NCBI GenBank assembly: GCA_040220235.1
Contig: JAVJTO010000109.1
DNA length: 64,000 nt
Reading direction: 5' to 3' (one strand)
Source: Coleofasciculus sp. B1-GNL1-01
GTDB lineage: Bacteria; Cyanobacteriota; Cyanobacteriia; Cyanobacteriales; Coleofasciculaceae
The position numbers and the translations under genes are program-made. Below, piece by piece: positions 12,201 through 22,565 of this stretch. Every line of letters begins with the position of its first letter. The stretch's first letter is position 1. A model generated the notes under the pieces. It saw only the letters and a list, made by a program, of their open reading frames with translations, was not told the origin of the DNA and did not search any database.

Positions 12201-15200
12201 GGCGTCCTGCCTGCATGGTCAGGTCACCGCCATTACCACTAGGATTGGTGCTGATAATGGCACGGTTCACGGTAATATCATTATTGGCTTGTAGCACTAC
12301 AGTTGTACCAAAGCTCAGGGTTTGTTGTAACGTACTGGGGGCAAGTGTAACGGTAGCACTGGGGTCGCTGTTAAAGCGGAACTGATTTGGCTCAAAAATG
12401 GGAGTTGAAAGGCGAGTGGGATTGCTAGGCGCAACAGTTATCCAATCATTGCCTTCACTGGTAAATCTGACTAAAAATGTGCTATTCACAGCGTCTTCAA
12501 CCACTGTAATTGGATTGTCATAAACTGTGCGACCAATAATACTGTTTTGAGAATTGATAGTATTGATGTCATCCCGCGTTCTTCCCGTGCTGCCATTACC
12601 CCAGGTCACCGCCCCCGCACTCTCTACCGCCTCGTTCTCCCAGTCAGAGTTACGAACCACGTAATGACCGTTGCTCAGTGCCAGCACACCACCATTGCCC
12701 AGTCGATCAAAATCTTGAGTCCCCACCACACTATTGTCCAGTGACACTTTTCCCGTGATGCCAGTAGCGCCATTGCCCCAGGTCACTGCCCCCGCACTCT
12801 CTACCTCCCCGTTAGCCCAGTTGCGACTGCTAACTACATAATTGCCGTTAGTCAGCGCTACCACAGCATTGCTGATTACGTGTTCTCCTCCGCCTACTCG
12901 GTCAAAATCTTGAGTACCCACCAAACTATTGCTGAGTTCCACTTCACCCGTGATGCCAGTAGTGCCATTGCCCCAGGTCACTGCCCCGACATTCTCTACC
13001 ATCCCGTTGTCCCAGTTGGGGCTGCGGATCAGGTAATTGCCGTTGGTCAGCGCCACCACACCCTCACTGCCCACTTCGTCATTTTCTTGAGTCCCCACCA
13101 AACTGTTGTCAGCAGAAACCTCTTCAGAGATGCCAGTAGTGCCATTGCCCCAGGTAGCTGCCCCCCGATTCCCGTTCCAGTAGGGGCTAATAACCACGTA
13201 ATTGCCGTTGGTCAGCGCCACCACGCCTTCACTGCCCACTTCGTCATCTGGTTGAGTACCCACCAAACTATTGCCGAGTGCCACTTCCCCCATGATGCCA
13301 GTAGCGCCATCGCCCCAAGTCACCGCCCCAGCATTCACTGCCTCCTTGTCTGGGTTGTCCCAGTTTGGACTGCGAACCACGTAATTGCCGTTACTCAGAG
13401 CCACCACGCCTTCACTGCCAACTCGGTCATCTTTTTGAGTACCTACCAAACTATTGTCGAGTGCCACTTCCCCCATGATGCCAGTAGCGCCATCGCCCCA
13501 AGTCACCGCCCCAGCATTATCTACCTCCTTGTCTTGGTTGTACCAGCCGGGGCTACTAACCACGTAGTTGCCGTTGGTTAGCGCAGTTACGCCCCCACTA
13601 CCCACTCGGTCATCTTTTTGAGTACCTACCAAACTATTGCCGAGTGCCACTTCCCCCATGATGCCAGTAGCGCCATCGCCCCAAGTCACCGCCCCAGCAT
13701 TCGCTGCCTCCTTGTCTGGGTTGTCCCAGTTGGGGCTGCTGACCACGTAATTGCCGTTACTCAGAGCCACCACGCCATCACTGCCCACTAGGTCTTCAGC
13801 TTGAGTCCCGACCAAACTATTGTCCGATGCCACCGCCTCAGTGATACCTATGCTGCCATCGCCCCAAGTCACCGCCCCAGCATTACCTGCCTCCTTGTCT
13901 GGGTTGTCCCAGTTGGGGCTGTTAACCACGTAATTACCGTTAGTCAACGCCACCACACCCTCACTGCCCACTCGGTCGTTTTCTTGAGTACCCACTAAAC
14001 TATTGGAGGTGGAAACTTGCCCTGTAATACCTATGCTGCCATCGCCCCAAGTCACCGCCCCAGCATTACCTGCCTCCTTGTCTGGGTTATCCCAGTTGGG
14101 GCTGTTAACCACGTAATTACCGTTGGTCAACGCCACCACACCCTCACTGCCCACTCGGTCGTTTTCTTGAGTACCCACCAAACTATTGGAGGTGGAAACT
14201 TGCCCTGTGATACCTATGCTGCCATCGCCCCAAGTCACCGCCCCAGCATTCGCTGTCACTGGAGTTGAGTCTCCGTTATCCCTGTCCCAGTTGGGGCTGC
14301 TGACCACGTAATTACCGTTGGTCAGCGCCACCACGCCCTCACTGCCCACTCGGTCATTTTCTTGAGAACCCGTCAAAGTGCTAATTAATTCTCCTGTAGC
14401 ACCGTCATAAAGATAAACCGCTCCCGCATTCTCTGCCGCAAAGTTATCCCTCGGCTTAGTTACCACCACATTCCCGGTACTCAACGGTACAATATGCTCA
14501 CCAAACTCCGTGCCACCACCAGCATTGGGGTCAATGAGGTCAAACAACTGCGGGAATTCCGTACCCTCGACATCATCAATCACAATATTTTTCGGGTCAA
14601 GCAATAACGTCCCAGCGTCTCCATTCACCGCCCCCGCTTCCACAACCCCTGCCATCGCCAGTGTCTCTTTCCCCGACACTTCCACAAACCCACCATCACC
14701 CTGCACTGCACCCCCCCGCGCCTGAATCGTACCCGCAAATTGGGTGAGTTGGTCTGACCAAACAATCACTTTACCCGCATTTCCTACGGTTAGCGCATCT
14801 GCCTTGAGAATAGTGGCATGATTAATCAGCGTATTTTGAGCATTGACCATCCCCCCTTGCCCCAAATTCAGGGGATTTCCCTGAAAATCACCCCCGACTA
14901 AAATCTCTCCACCCCCACTATTACCACTCACATCCACATCCGCCGCTAATAGCCGCACATCCTGACCAAACAGATGCACAGAACCGCCCACCTCTCCTGT
15001 GGCATCAAAGCTACCAGAGGTGGTTAATTGAGTCTCCTCTCCCCCATAAACCCCAATCTTTCCCCCTTCCTGAGTCCCCGTCGCCGAAGTCAAAGCACTC
15101 GCGGTCTGAATCAGCGTCCCCGTATAATCAATCTGAATTTCTCCACCCTGACCATTACTACCATTGGCACTCAGCCTGCCACTATCCAACAAATTCTTCG

Positions 15201-16146
15201 TCTCAATCTGGATATGCCCCCCATTCTGCCCATCTGCGGTAATTTCCCCCTGGTTATACACCACCGTTCCTGCCAGATTAACTTCTCCGGCATCAGGACT
15301 ATCCACAGAAACTTGTCCCTGATTATTTACTTGTCCCCCAGTCCCCGTTAACAATACCGCCAAATCCAAGGGCTGAACCGGGATAACCTCTCCCTCACCA
15401 TCCTGGGGTGGGACAAACTCCAAACTCAACAAATGCCCCGGTTGACTCACCCGGACTAAATTCTCCCCGGCTACAGCCGCAATAGTAATCGTTCCCCCCG
15501 GTGCGGTGAGTTCTCCCTGATTGGTTACACTTCCCCCCAGTAAGGTTAAAGTCTGACCCTCACCGACGACCAAATTCCCCTCATTGACAATACTGCCCGA
15601 CTGCGCCAAATCAAAGGCAAACTGACTAGGATTCCCAATTAACGTGTCGTAGTTATTATCACCAAAAGCATTAAACCAACCATTCTCCTCAAACCCAATT
15701 CCCGTCGCCGTAGTTGCGGTAAAATCCCCCATCACATTTAACTGAGAATTCGCACCAAAAATGATCCCGGCTGGATTCATTAAAAATAAATTAGCGTTCC
15801 CCCCCGTCACCTGAATCAACCCATCAATCATTGAGGCATTTCCGCCCATCACACGGGCTAAGATATTTTGAATATCTGGCGTAGAGAGAAAATTAGCAAT
15901 CTCATGGGCAGAGAGTCCAAACTCCTGAAAACTATGAAACAGGTTAGCCCCATCCCCCGATAAAGAACCCCCCGAAATATCGTACTGATTGCCATCAATC
16001 GTCACCACCGTACCCGTACCATCTTCAGCCTGGGTAATCGATTGCGCCTGAACTGGAGACATGGCATGAAGCGTAACCATGCCCAGAGAAATTATTCCCC
16101 CTAAAGAGAATAATCCAGGTAACTTGCCAACGGAGGAGTTGCACAT
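9211..16146 (-). CDS. Filamentous-haemagglutinin N-terminal domain + repeat region + C-terminal CHAT (caspase-like) domain protein
   Basis: Signal-like N-terminus, NLFHSFQEF and NPAGIIFG secretion-domain motifs, beta-helix GGxITL repeats, CHAT motifs IHLASHA, LVLSACRT and HPYYWAAF. Confidence 0.92.
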   Translation of the reverse strand: MCNSSVGKLPGLFSLGGIISLGMVTLHAMSPVQAQSITQAEDGTGTVVTIDGNQYDISGGSLSGDGANLFHSFQEFGLSAHEIANFLSTPDIQNILARVMGGNASMIDGLIQVTGGNANLFLMNPAGIIFGANSQLNVMGDFTATTATGIGFEENGWFNAFGDNNYDTLIGNPSQFAFDLAQSGSIVNEGNLVVGEGQTLTLLGGSVTNQGELTAPGGTITIAAVAGENLVRVSQPGHLLSLEFVPPQDGEGEVIPVQPLDLAVLLTGTGGQVNNQGQVSVDSPDAGEVNLAGTVVYNQGEITADGQNGGHIQIETKNLLDSGRLSANGSNGQGGEIQIDYTGTLIQTASALTSATGTQEGGKIGVYGGEETQLTTSGSFDATGEVGGSVHLFGQDVRLLAADVDVSGNSGGGEILVGGDFQGNPLNLGQGGMVNAQNTLINHATILKADALTVGNAGKVIVWSDQLTQFAGTIQARGGAVQGDGGFVEVSGKETLAMAGVVEAGAVNGDAGTLLLDPKNIVIDDVEGTEFPQLFDLIDPNAGGGTEFGEHIVPLSTGNVVVTKPRDNFAAENAGAVYLYDGATGELISTLTGSQENDRVGSEGVVALTNGNYVVSSPNWDRDNGDSTPVTANAGAVTWGDGSIGITGQVSTSNSLVGTQENDRVGSEGVVALTNGNYVVNSPNWDNPDKEAGNAGAVTWGDGSIGITGQVSTSNSLVGTQENDRVGSEGVVALTNGNYVVNSPNWDNPDKEAGNAGAVTWGDGSIGITEAVASDNSLVGTQAEDLVGSDGVVALSNGNYVVSSPNWDNPDKEAANAGAVTWGDGATGIMGEVALGNSLVGTQKDDRVGSGGVTALTNGNYVVSSPGWYNQDKEVDNAGAVTWGDGATGIMGEVALDNSLVGTQKDDRVGSEGVVALSNGNYVVRSPNWDNPDKEAVNAGAVTWGDGATGIMGEVALGNSLVGTQPDDEVGSEGVVALTNGNYVVISPYWNGNRGAATWGNGTTGISEEVSADNSLVGTQENDEVGSEGVVALTNGNYLIRSPNWDNGMVENVGAVTWGNGTTGITGEVELSNSLVGTQDFDRVGGGEHVISNAVVALTNGNYVVSSRNWANGEVESAGAVTWGNGATGITGKVSLDNSVVGTQDFDRLGNGGVLALSNGHYVVRNSDWENEAVESAGAVTWGNGSTGRTRDDINTINSQNSIIGRTVYDNPITVVEDAVNSTFLVRFTSEGNDWITVAPSNPTRLSTPIFEPNQFRFNSDPSATVTLAPSTLQQTLSFGTTVVLQANNDITVNRAIISTNPSGNGGDLTMQAGRRIIVNSSISTDNGNLTLIANETTANGVVNAFRDSGQAVISITPGVTLNSGTGDTTLILGTGDGLTNNASGDITASNITGGNITLINNRGGINTSTGILTTESNGTGGTVTLNASGNIITNHINSNGTLNNGGTIRLTSKSGEISTGSLSVVDHQNGGTITLTAIGNISTDSILATSSNGTGGTIHLDSDSNITTALINVSGNTNGGNITLNAGGNITTENILSWGVTNNGGEIRLTSGDEITTDIISSFSNNTGGNITLQAANGISTDSINANGANGDGGEINLTSREADITTSLVTTLGNENGGNISLNAAGNITSNSISSSATNGDAGTINLDSGGSITILDESLTIRSGIGSFSGNGNGGDMTLNAATNINIGSLPIFSNSAINNGGKITLNSDSGNITVTGINTEGGIAGTGGAVDITTSGFFRVTDTFPNLNGTTASISTGGVTAGGTITIRHGGAGVTPFIVGDANTNGTAGAITTGNTVPEQTISPTAEFPYTHTQDGIQIISVPAPGSNPEPPTPPSPPEGSERPSDSPDGAQTDLAFLIGDILGAETSANQDPLTGESSFVWNIPGTGNLDTGRINIPNLLTQNLNDAIPAIDDLFEGEYEDYLGEDIANEEASVETIRNTLKTITAETGTHPVIVYAVSLPDQLELIMVVPDGTPIRKTIPEANRAAFQKKLNEFYKLVTNSDLPPDSLKPSAQQLYSWMIAPLEPHLEALGIDTLIFAMDAGLRTIPMAALHDGEQFLIEKYALGSIPSISLTNTRYNPVKDAPVLAMGASEFTDQRPLPAVPIELETITQQVWSGDAYLNDQFTLQNLQQKRQQEPWQIIHLASHANFQEGDPSNSYIQLWDTKLQLDQMRQLGWHEKPQVDLLVLSACRTAFGSVEAELGFAGLAVKAGVKSALASLWSVDDGGSFALMSGFYNQLGQPDVTIKAEALRRAQIAMLRGEVRVESGELRGLGEGENRPVVSELPDKNFSHPYYWAAFTMIGSPW
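12580..14490 (-). repeat. Intragenic tandem repeat, ~180 bp / 60 aa units (DUF5650-like)
   Basis: Ten copies plus one degenerate copy of VVALTNGNYVV..SP.W...AGAVTWG; DNA near-identical at 180 bp offsets. Confidence 0.9.
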
Positions 16147-16648
16147 TTTTCTAACCTGATTTCACAAATATGCCTAGAAGAATAATGGCACATTTTTTTG
16201 AGAATGGCTCAGGGGAAGTTGACCAAAATTTCGGATTAACCTCAGGGAATATTAGTCTCAAACTGCTACAACCGTTACGCCTGTTCTCTTAGGGGTTGAT
16301 GTTGTGAATCTTTGACTTAATATTTGGTTACAAAAAATTAATTTAACCAAGAGTCACCTTAACGGTTCACAGGCGGTTGTAGACGCCCAACCCAGATAGA
16401 TTCAGTCAGGTCGTACAAAGTATTACCTTTACGTCATTACTCTCCCGATTGTAAATAAATATGAAAAGTATTTACCCTGAGTAACGAATCCGATTTAATA
16501 GGAGATGTGCTGTACAGGCATCTACCACCAATCCCTCATCAAATTAAGCAGTTTTACCTAAATATTCAGGGAACTTTCGACCGAGTAGCACGACTAGCTA
16601 GAAATAACTGGAAACACCTAAATATTAATTCAGGGAATAGCGAGTATT

Positions 16649-17485
16649 ATGACAAAAACAACCTACTCTCTACTCTTAGCAACCACCTCATTGGTTTGCT
16701 CTCTTTCACTGGTGAGCTTCTCGCGCTACGCCACCCCAGTGCTGGCAGAATCTCAACCCGTTAATTCATTCACCAGTAACCTTTTCTCTGGTTCATTGGC
16801 GATCGGATTCAAATCTCCACGAACTGAAGGAGAACCTAAAGAAAGCGGCACACTCGGCACTCGTGGCGGATGTCTTACCGATGAATCTTTATCTCCTTCT
16901 CTGACTCCGCTAACACCGGGTACTGTGCAAGGATTAACCGAACATCTGGACAGTGTGGAGGAATATCCCACGTTAACCGTAAGTGAACATCCCACCTTCT
17001 TCGTCTATGTACCCGAAACCAGTGCCAAAACTGCCACGTTTATTTTGACGGATAGCGACGTAACTGAACTGGTTTACTATACCACTATTGAGCTTCCGGA
17101 AACTCCGGGTATTATCAGCATCAAAGTCCCCACAGATCAAGACTCATTAGAGATTGATCGCGTTTACAAATGGACATTTAGCCTGCAATGCCACTCAGCC
17201 GGTGCCGATGGAACTCCGAAAGTGATGGGATGGATTAAACGCACTGAACCCAACCCAGCTTTAGAAAAAGACCTAGACAAGGTGAAGCCTTTGGAGTTAG
17301 CGGCATTGTACGGAAATCATGGCGTTTGGCATGACCTTTTAGCCACATTGGTTGATTTGAGACTGTCTCACCCAGAGGATTCTAACCTAACAATGATGTG
17401 GGAAAATCTGCTCAAATCAGAATCCGTGAAACTAGAAAAAATTTCTCAAGCGCCTCTGGTTGAAAGTACGCCAGTTGAGTATTGA
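16649..17485 (+). CDS. DUF928 family secreted protein
   Basis: Signal peptide, GTRGGC, PTFFVYVP, YKWTFSLQC, GWIKR, GVWHDLL motifs. Confidence 0.9.
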   Translation: MTKTTYSLLLATTSLVCSLSLVSFSRYATPVLAESQPVNSFTSNLFSGSLAIGFKSPRTEGEPKESGTLGTRGGCLTDESLSPSLTPLTPGTVQGLTEHLDSVEEYPTLTVSEHPTFFVYVPETSAKTATFILTDSDVTELVYYTTIELPETPGIISIKVPTDQDSLEIDRVYKWTFSLQCHSAGADGTPKVMGWIKRTEPNPALEKDLDKVKPLELAALYGNHGVWHDLLATLVDLRLSHPEDSNLTMMWENLLKSESVKLEKISQAPLVESTPVEY

Positions 17486-17764
17486 GAATTTGGCGAGGAT
17501 GGCAATGGGTGGGGAGAAGTTGAGACGAAAACATTGGAAATCCAATTGACTAAATTAAGTCAAATTGTAATGGCGTGACATGGCTAAACTGGTGGAATTT
17601 TCTGGACGCACGTTGGTAAAGGGCTCACGTTGGGAAATCTGGGCGCACGTCAGTGCGCCCCTACAGTGCCTATTACGAATCTGTTTTAATTCAATGGCAT
17701 TCAATTAATAACAAAGGACAAAAGGACAAAAGACCAATGACCAATGACCAATGACCAATGACCA

Positions 17765-19690
17765 ATGACAATCCTTCAGTTTTTCCAGGAATGGCGGGGT
17801 GTATTCATTTCAGCGCCAACTGTCGCCGGATTAACCATTGCGCTGCGCTTAACCGGTGCGTTACAACTCCTTGAATGGGCAGCATTAGATCAATTTTTCC
17901 GCTGGCGTCCTCCGGAACCTACCCCCGAACGGATTGCAATTGTGGCGATTACGGAAAAGGATATCCAAAATGCTGGACAGTGGCCCATTTCTGATCAGAT
18001 GTTGGCACAGTTAATTGAGAAACTGAAACAGCAACAACCCAAAGCCATTGGTCTGGATTTATTTCGGGATTTGCCTGTGCCACCAGGTCATGACGAATTA
18101 ATGAATGTTTTTGCCTCTACACCCAACCTAATTGGTATTGAAAAAGTTGTCGGCGATGCCTTGGGTGAACCTGTCGCCCCACCGCCTATTTTAAAGGAAC
18201 AGGGTCAGGTGGGTGCAGCTAATGTGATTTTTGATCAAGATGGGAAAGTCCGCCGTGCCTTACTGTCAATTACCCTAAAAAATGGCGATACCATTGAAAC
18301 CTTAGCCGCTAAGTTGGCATTACTTTATCTGGAAACCGAAGGCATTACCTTAGAAGAAATTGAACCCGACTATAAATATGGCTTAGGTGATGCGGTATTT
18401 ACTCGCCTACAACCCCAAGATGGCAGTTATATCAATGTCGATACAGGCGGGTACCAAATCCTGTTTAATTTTCGCAACCATGAATGTCGGGGAAAACTGG
18501 AGGGAACCTGTCCCGTCTATCCCACGGTGTCCATGACTGAGGTTCTAGAGGATAAAATTCCCCCAGATTGGGCAAACAATCGGATTGTTTTAATTGGTAC
18601 AGCGGCAGAAAGTGTCAAGGATCGGATTTTTACCCCATACAGTAATAGTTTTTTCACCGCCCCGAATGGCGTGGAAGTTAATGCAGATTTGACCAACCAA
18701 ATTTTAAGTGCCGCATTAGATGGGCGTCCCCTGATCCAAATCTGGTCGGAACCGATAGAATGGGGCTGGATTATTCTCTGGTCGTTTGTCGGTGCAACCG
18801 TGGGCTGGAAAGCATTCCGTATCCGTTGGAAAGCCGCAGGACTTTTTGTGGTGGGAGGATTGCTGACGATTGGGTCTTACTTTGCATTTCTGGCGGGGTG
18901 GTGGATACCGTTGGTTCCGCCTCTGTTAGCCCTGAGTGGTTCGGGTGTGGCGATTACTGCCTATATCGCCTACACGGAAAGCGAAGACAAGCAAACCGTT
19001 ATGCACCTCTTGGGACAACACGTCTCTCCTAAAATAGCCCAAGCCATCTGGCGCGATCGCAACCAACTCCTCAAAGATGGACAGTTATCGGGACAGAAGC
19101 TAACCGCAACGGTTCTATTTACGGATTTAAAAGGCTTCACCACAATCACCGAAAACACCGACCCAGAAACCCTAATGGTCTGGTTAAATGATTACATGAA
19201 TGTTATGGCAGAGACAGTTCTCAACCATAATGGCGTCCTAGATAAATTTATCGGTGATGCGGTGATGGCAGTCTTTGGTATACCCATCCCCAGTACCACA
19301 GACGCCGAAATTACCCAGGATGCGATCGCGGCGGTGAATTGTGCCATAGAGATGGGCAAAAATCTGCGATCGCTGAATCAGCAATGGCAAACCCAAGGAT
19401 TACCCACAGCCGCTATGCGTGTAGGAATTGCCACGGGTACAGTCGTCACCGGAAGTGTTGGTTCTCGCCAACGCCTCAACTACACCACCATTGGCGATAG
19501 TGTGAATATTGCCGCCCGGTTAGAAAGTTATGATAAATCGATTGATGGTGGACTCTGCCGTATTTTAATCAGCGAAGAAACCTATCAGCATATCCACGAT
19601 AAATTTACCAGCAAATTTATTGGCACGGTGCAGTTAAAAGGACGCCAGCAATCCATCAAAATCTATCAAATTTTAGAGTCAATCGAGTAA
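17765..19690 (+). CDS. CHASE2-domain class III adenylate/guanylate cyclase
   Basis: CHASE2 (AIGLDLFRD, IVLIG), TM helices, TVLFTDLKGFT, DKFIGDAVMA, YTTIGDSVNIAARLE. Confidence 0.95.
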   Translation: MTILQFFQEWRGVFISAPTVAGLTIALRLTGALQLLEWAALDQFFRWRPPEPTPERIAIVAITEKDIQNAGQWPISDQMLAQLIEKLKQQQPKAIGLDLFRDLPVPPGHDELMNVFASTPNLIGIEKVVGDALGEPVAPPPILKEQGQVGAANVIFDQDGKVRRALLSITLKNGDTIETLAAKLALLYLETEGITLEEIEPDYKYGLGDAVFTRLQPQDGSYINVDTGGYQILFNFRNHECRGKLEGTCPVYPTVSMTEVLEDKIPPDWANNRIVLIGTAAESVKDRIFTPYSNSFFTAPNGVEVNADLTNQILSAALDGRPLIQIWSEPIEWGWIILWSFVGATVGWKAFRIRWKAAGLFVVGGLLTIGSYFAFLAGWWIPLVPPLLALSGSGVAITAYIAYTESEDKQTVMHLLGQHVSPKIAQAIWRDRNQLLKDGQLSGQKLTATVLFTDLKGFTTITENTDPETLMVWLNDYMNVMAETVLNHNGVLDKFIGDAVMAVFGIPIPSTTDAEITQDAIAAVNCAIEMGKNLRSLNQQWQTQGLPTAAMRVGIATGTVVTGSVGSRQRLNYTTIGDSVNIAARLESYDKSIDGGLCRILISEETYQHIHDKFTSKFIGTVQLKGRQQSIKIYQILESIE

Positions 19691-19790
19691 CCTGTTCGGC
19701 ATTTAAACCTTAATGTCAACAACTGCCAAATCATTGTAATGTGAGCATCTTGCTCGCTACCCATTCCCAATTTAAATGCGTGACAGCTTA
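19688..19790. mobile_element. MITE-like element, family B (inverted, longer copy at 34883-35010; partial end at 31113-31132)
   Basis: Ends taa(c/g)ctgtt..gcatttaaa ... tttaaatgc...acagctta; the interior also matches the reverse complement of 34883-35010. Confidence 0.7.
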
Positions 19791-19814
19791 ATAGCCATTA
19801 GGATCTACTTCAAA

Positions 19815-20135
19815 TTAACATTGTTTCAGCAGCGCAATCCACATATCAGGCGGACTGGCATAATAATTAATCTTATCCACTTGATAGCGATTTGAAGTAG
19901 AACCTCTCTGCAAGATTAGATAATCACCAGGTTCTACGCCTTGACCCTGTTCTGTCATATACGCTCGAATTCCGCCATCTTTGGCGACAAATACATGATT
20001 GTGACGCTCATTGGATACTTTGTAGTGATGCGTTTTCTGCTGTCGCTGGGATGGATTGGATACAATAATTTTTTGGTTTAAGGACAAATTCGTGGAAGAA
20101 CGGGTTGCGAACTGGGTTGAGGACATATCTGACAC
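19815..20135 (-). CDS. Conserved cyanobacterial hypothetical protein
   Basis: GQGVEPGDYLIL...YQVDKINYYASPPDMWIALL pattern; start codon uncertain. Confidence 0.7.
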   Translation of the reverse strand: MSDMSSTQFATRSSTNLSLNQKIIVSNPSQRQQKTHHYKVSNERHNHVFVAKDGGIRAYMTEQGQGVEPGDYLILQRGSTSNRYQVDKINYYASPPDMWIALLKQC

Positions 20136-20501
20136 GTCTTAGCTCAATGTTACAAGTTGTTAGAAAAAGTTATTCCTGAAAATGCATGACTACATTTTCA
20201 TACCAATTGTTGATTGACTAATTAAGTTTTATCAAAGTCAGTGGCTGTCTATCTCAGCAAAATAGCGTAATTTTTATCCGCCTGATCACCGATATTCGGA
20301 TAAATAAACTATTGTAAAGATATTTTTATGTAAATATACAAAATTAAAATAATCTTTTCATTAAATAGGTTAAATAGTCGTGTATTATAAACAGATTTGG
20401 TTTTGTTGGCAGCGGTAAAGATAGTTGAAGCACTGGGAGTAGCTGCTGTCATTGAAATGAACACTGTCTATAGTTTTGTAAAGTTTTATTAAGGGTAGCT
20501 C

Positions 20502-20807
20502 ATGATTCCAGGGGAACTCATCATCCAAAAGGGAGAGATTGAACTGAATGCGGGACGTCCTACCTTGCGCCTGTCGGTAGCGAATACAGGCGATCGCCCG
20601 ATTCAGGTGGGTTCTCATTTCCATTTCTATGAAGTGAATGACGCTCTCACCTTTGATCGAGAGCAAGCCAAGGGAATGCGGTTAAACATCCCGGCGGGTA
20701 CAGCCGTGCGTTTTGAACCGGGAGATGAACGGGAGGTTGAGTTAGTTCCGTTTGTCGGTAGTCGTCAGGTTTATGGGTTTAATGGCAGAGTCAATGGGGC
20801 GCTATAA
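20502..20807 (+). CDS. ureB: Urease subunit beta
   Basis: [39 protein letters not shown]. Confidence 0.97.
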   Translation: MIPGELIIQKGEIELNAGRPTLRLSVANTGDRPIQVGSHFHFYEVNDALTFDREQAKGMRLNIPAGTAVRFEPGDEREVELVPFVGSRQVYGFNGRVNGAL

Positions 20808-20972
20808 CGGGGAGCTGGGGGAGCTGGGGGAGCTGGGGAAGCTGGGGAAGTCATAACATACGCTTATGCTACTCTAGATCCCCGACTTCCTGGTTGAAAC
20901 CCTGATGTCACCAATGAATTGATTCAGAAGTTGGGGATTTATCGGATAAGTAGCAAGAATTGTGGCTTAGGG

Positions 20973-22325
20973 TCAGGAATTGACGGGACTGTGAGCCACC
21001 GAGGACGCTTTTATCGGGGAGTTATCCGATACCCGTTGTAATCGTGCGCCAAGTTTCTGTAACTTCGCCTCTAGCTTCTCATACCCTCGGTCTAAATGAT
21101 GCAGTCCCTGAATTGTGGTTTTACCATCGGCGGCTAAGGCGGCTAATATCAGCGCAGCGGACGCTCGTAAGTCAGTGGCAACTACAGGGGCTCCTGATAA
21201 CAAAGGGACACCGCGCACGATCGCATTATTCCCTTTAATCCGAATATCTGCCCCCATGCGATTCAGTTCAGGAACATGTCCTAAACGATTTTCAAACACG
21301 GTTTCAGTAATTACACTATCCCCATCACTCAGGGTTAGGAGTGCCATGAAGGGAGCCTGCATATCCGTGGGAAATCCGGGATAGGGCAAGGTTTCAATAT
21401 CCGTCGCCCGAATAATTCCCGTCGGGATAATCCGCAGACAGTCTGGGGTTTCCTGAATCACTCTCATGCCAATATCTTGGAGTTTGGCGATCGCGGCGGT
21501 AATATGATCAGGCACAACCGGGGACAGGGTGAGTTCTGACTGAGTAATTGCCGCCGCCACTAAAAACGTACCCGTTTCGATGCGATCGGGAATAATCGAG
21601 TAGTCTACTGAATGTAAACTGGGAACGCCAGAAATAATAATCGTGTTGGTTCCCGCCCCTCGAATCTTTGCACCCATGGCGTTACAAAAATTTGCCAAAT
21701 CCACCACTTCTGGCTCTTGGGCAGCATTTTCTAAGATCGTTTCCCCTTCTGCTAACGTCGCCGCCATCATCAGAGTTTCCGTTGCACCCACACTGGGATA
21801 GTCCAGATAAATTTTTGCCCCATTTAACCGCCGCCGTCCATTCCCCCTCACATAAGCATGAACCATACCATGCTCAATTTGCACCTCAGCCCCCAGCGCT
21901 TGCAATCCCCTAACATGAAGATCGACAGGTCTAGCGCCAATGGCACAGCCACCCGGTAAAGGAACTTGAGCCGCACCCAATCGTGCCAACAGAGAGCCAA
22001 TCACAAAGAAACTGGCTCGAAGCTGATTCACAATCTCGTAGGGGGCTTTTGACTGCTTCAAATGACGAGCATTGATATCCAAGATATCTCCTTGGCGCTC
22101 TAGCTTTACACCCAAAGCCGCCAGCACCTGACCCATCCGCCCTATATCTACCAGAGAAGGCACATTACGCAGTCGGCAATCTTCAGGACATAGCAGCGCC
22201 CCTGCCATAATTGCCAATGCTGAGTTCTTCGCGCCACTAATGGTGACATGTCCTTTCAGGGACGATCTGCCCCAAATCTCTAGAACGGATGGGTTTGACT
22301 TGGGTGCAGAGCCAGTATCTGTCAA
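20973..22325 (-). CDS. murA: UDP-N-acetylglucosamine 1-carboxyvinyltransferase
   Basis: [23 protein letters not shown] with the catalytic Cys, [18 protein letters not shown]. The start may be ATC at 22343 (see findings). Confidence 0.97.
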   Translation of the reverse strand: MTDTGSAPKSNPSVLEIWGRSSLKGHVTISGAKNSALAIMAGALLCPEDCRLRNVPSLVDIGRMGQVLAALGVKLERQGDILDINARHLKQSKAPYEIVNQLRASFFVIGSLLARLGAAQVPLPGGCAIGARPVDLHVRGLQALGAEVQIEHGMVHAYVRGNGRRRLNGAKIYLDYPSVGATETLMMAATLAEGETILENAAQEPEVVDLANFCNAMGAKIRGAGTNTIIISGVPSLHSVDYSIIPDRIETGTFLVAAAITQSELTLSPVVPDHITAAIAKLQDIGMRVIQETPDCLRIIPTGIIRATDIETLPYPGFPTDMQAPFMALLTLSDGDSVITETVFENRLGHVPELNRMGADIRIKGNNAIVRGVPLLSGAPVVATDLRASAALILAALAADGKTTIQGLHHLDRGYEKLEAKLQKLGARLQRVSDNSPIKASSVAHSPVNS

Positions 22326-22505
22326 ATTAAGAGAGTGGTTGATAGGTCTATCCTCCAGAATCGGTGAAATCTTGGCATGTTTTAAAATTTGGTTTTGATT
22401 CTACCTGAAAGAGGGCAAATGTCTAGATTTGTCCCCCAAAATAGTGAATCGACCAGCCTTGGATTGTACCTTGTCCGATGCTGAAAATCCGCAAAAAAGA
22501 AATAG

Positions 22506-22536
22506 TTGACAAATGGGTCAGGATTGTTGCATGATA
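22506..22536 (+). promoter_or_regulatory. Putative sigma70-type promoter of tRNA-Leu
   Basis: Perfect TTGACA at 22506 followed about 18 bp later by CATGAT, ~30 bp upstream of the tRNA. Confidence 0.5.
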
Positions 22537-22565
22537 GAAAACTGCATGGAAAATTAAACAACCCA

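Noticed and set aside
12580..14490. Regular repeats as a CRISPR array or DGR template
   Set aside because: In-frame coding repeats without unique spacers; no cas or reverse transcriptase gene in the window.
10439..15351. Many plus-strand ORFs (for example 10838-11650 and 12880-13581)
   Set aside because: Antisense shadows of the repetitive haemagglutinin gene.
16413..16426. GTA-N8-TAC in the CHAT/DUF928 divergent region
   Set aside because: Minimal 6-bp match expected many times by chance; lacks the flanking T/A.
20502..20807. Isolated ureB as an anomaly
   Set aside because: Dispersed urease genes are common in cyanobacteria.
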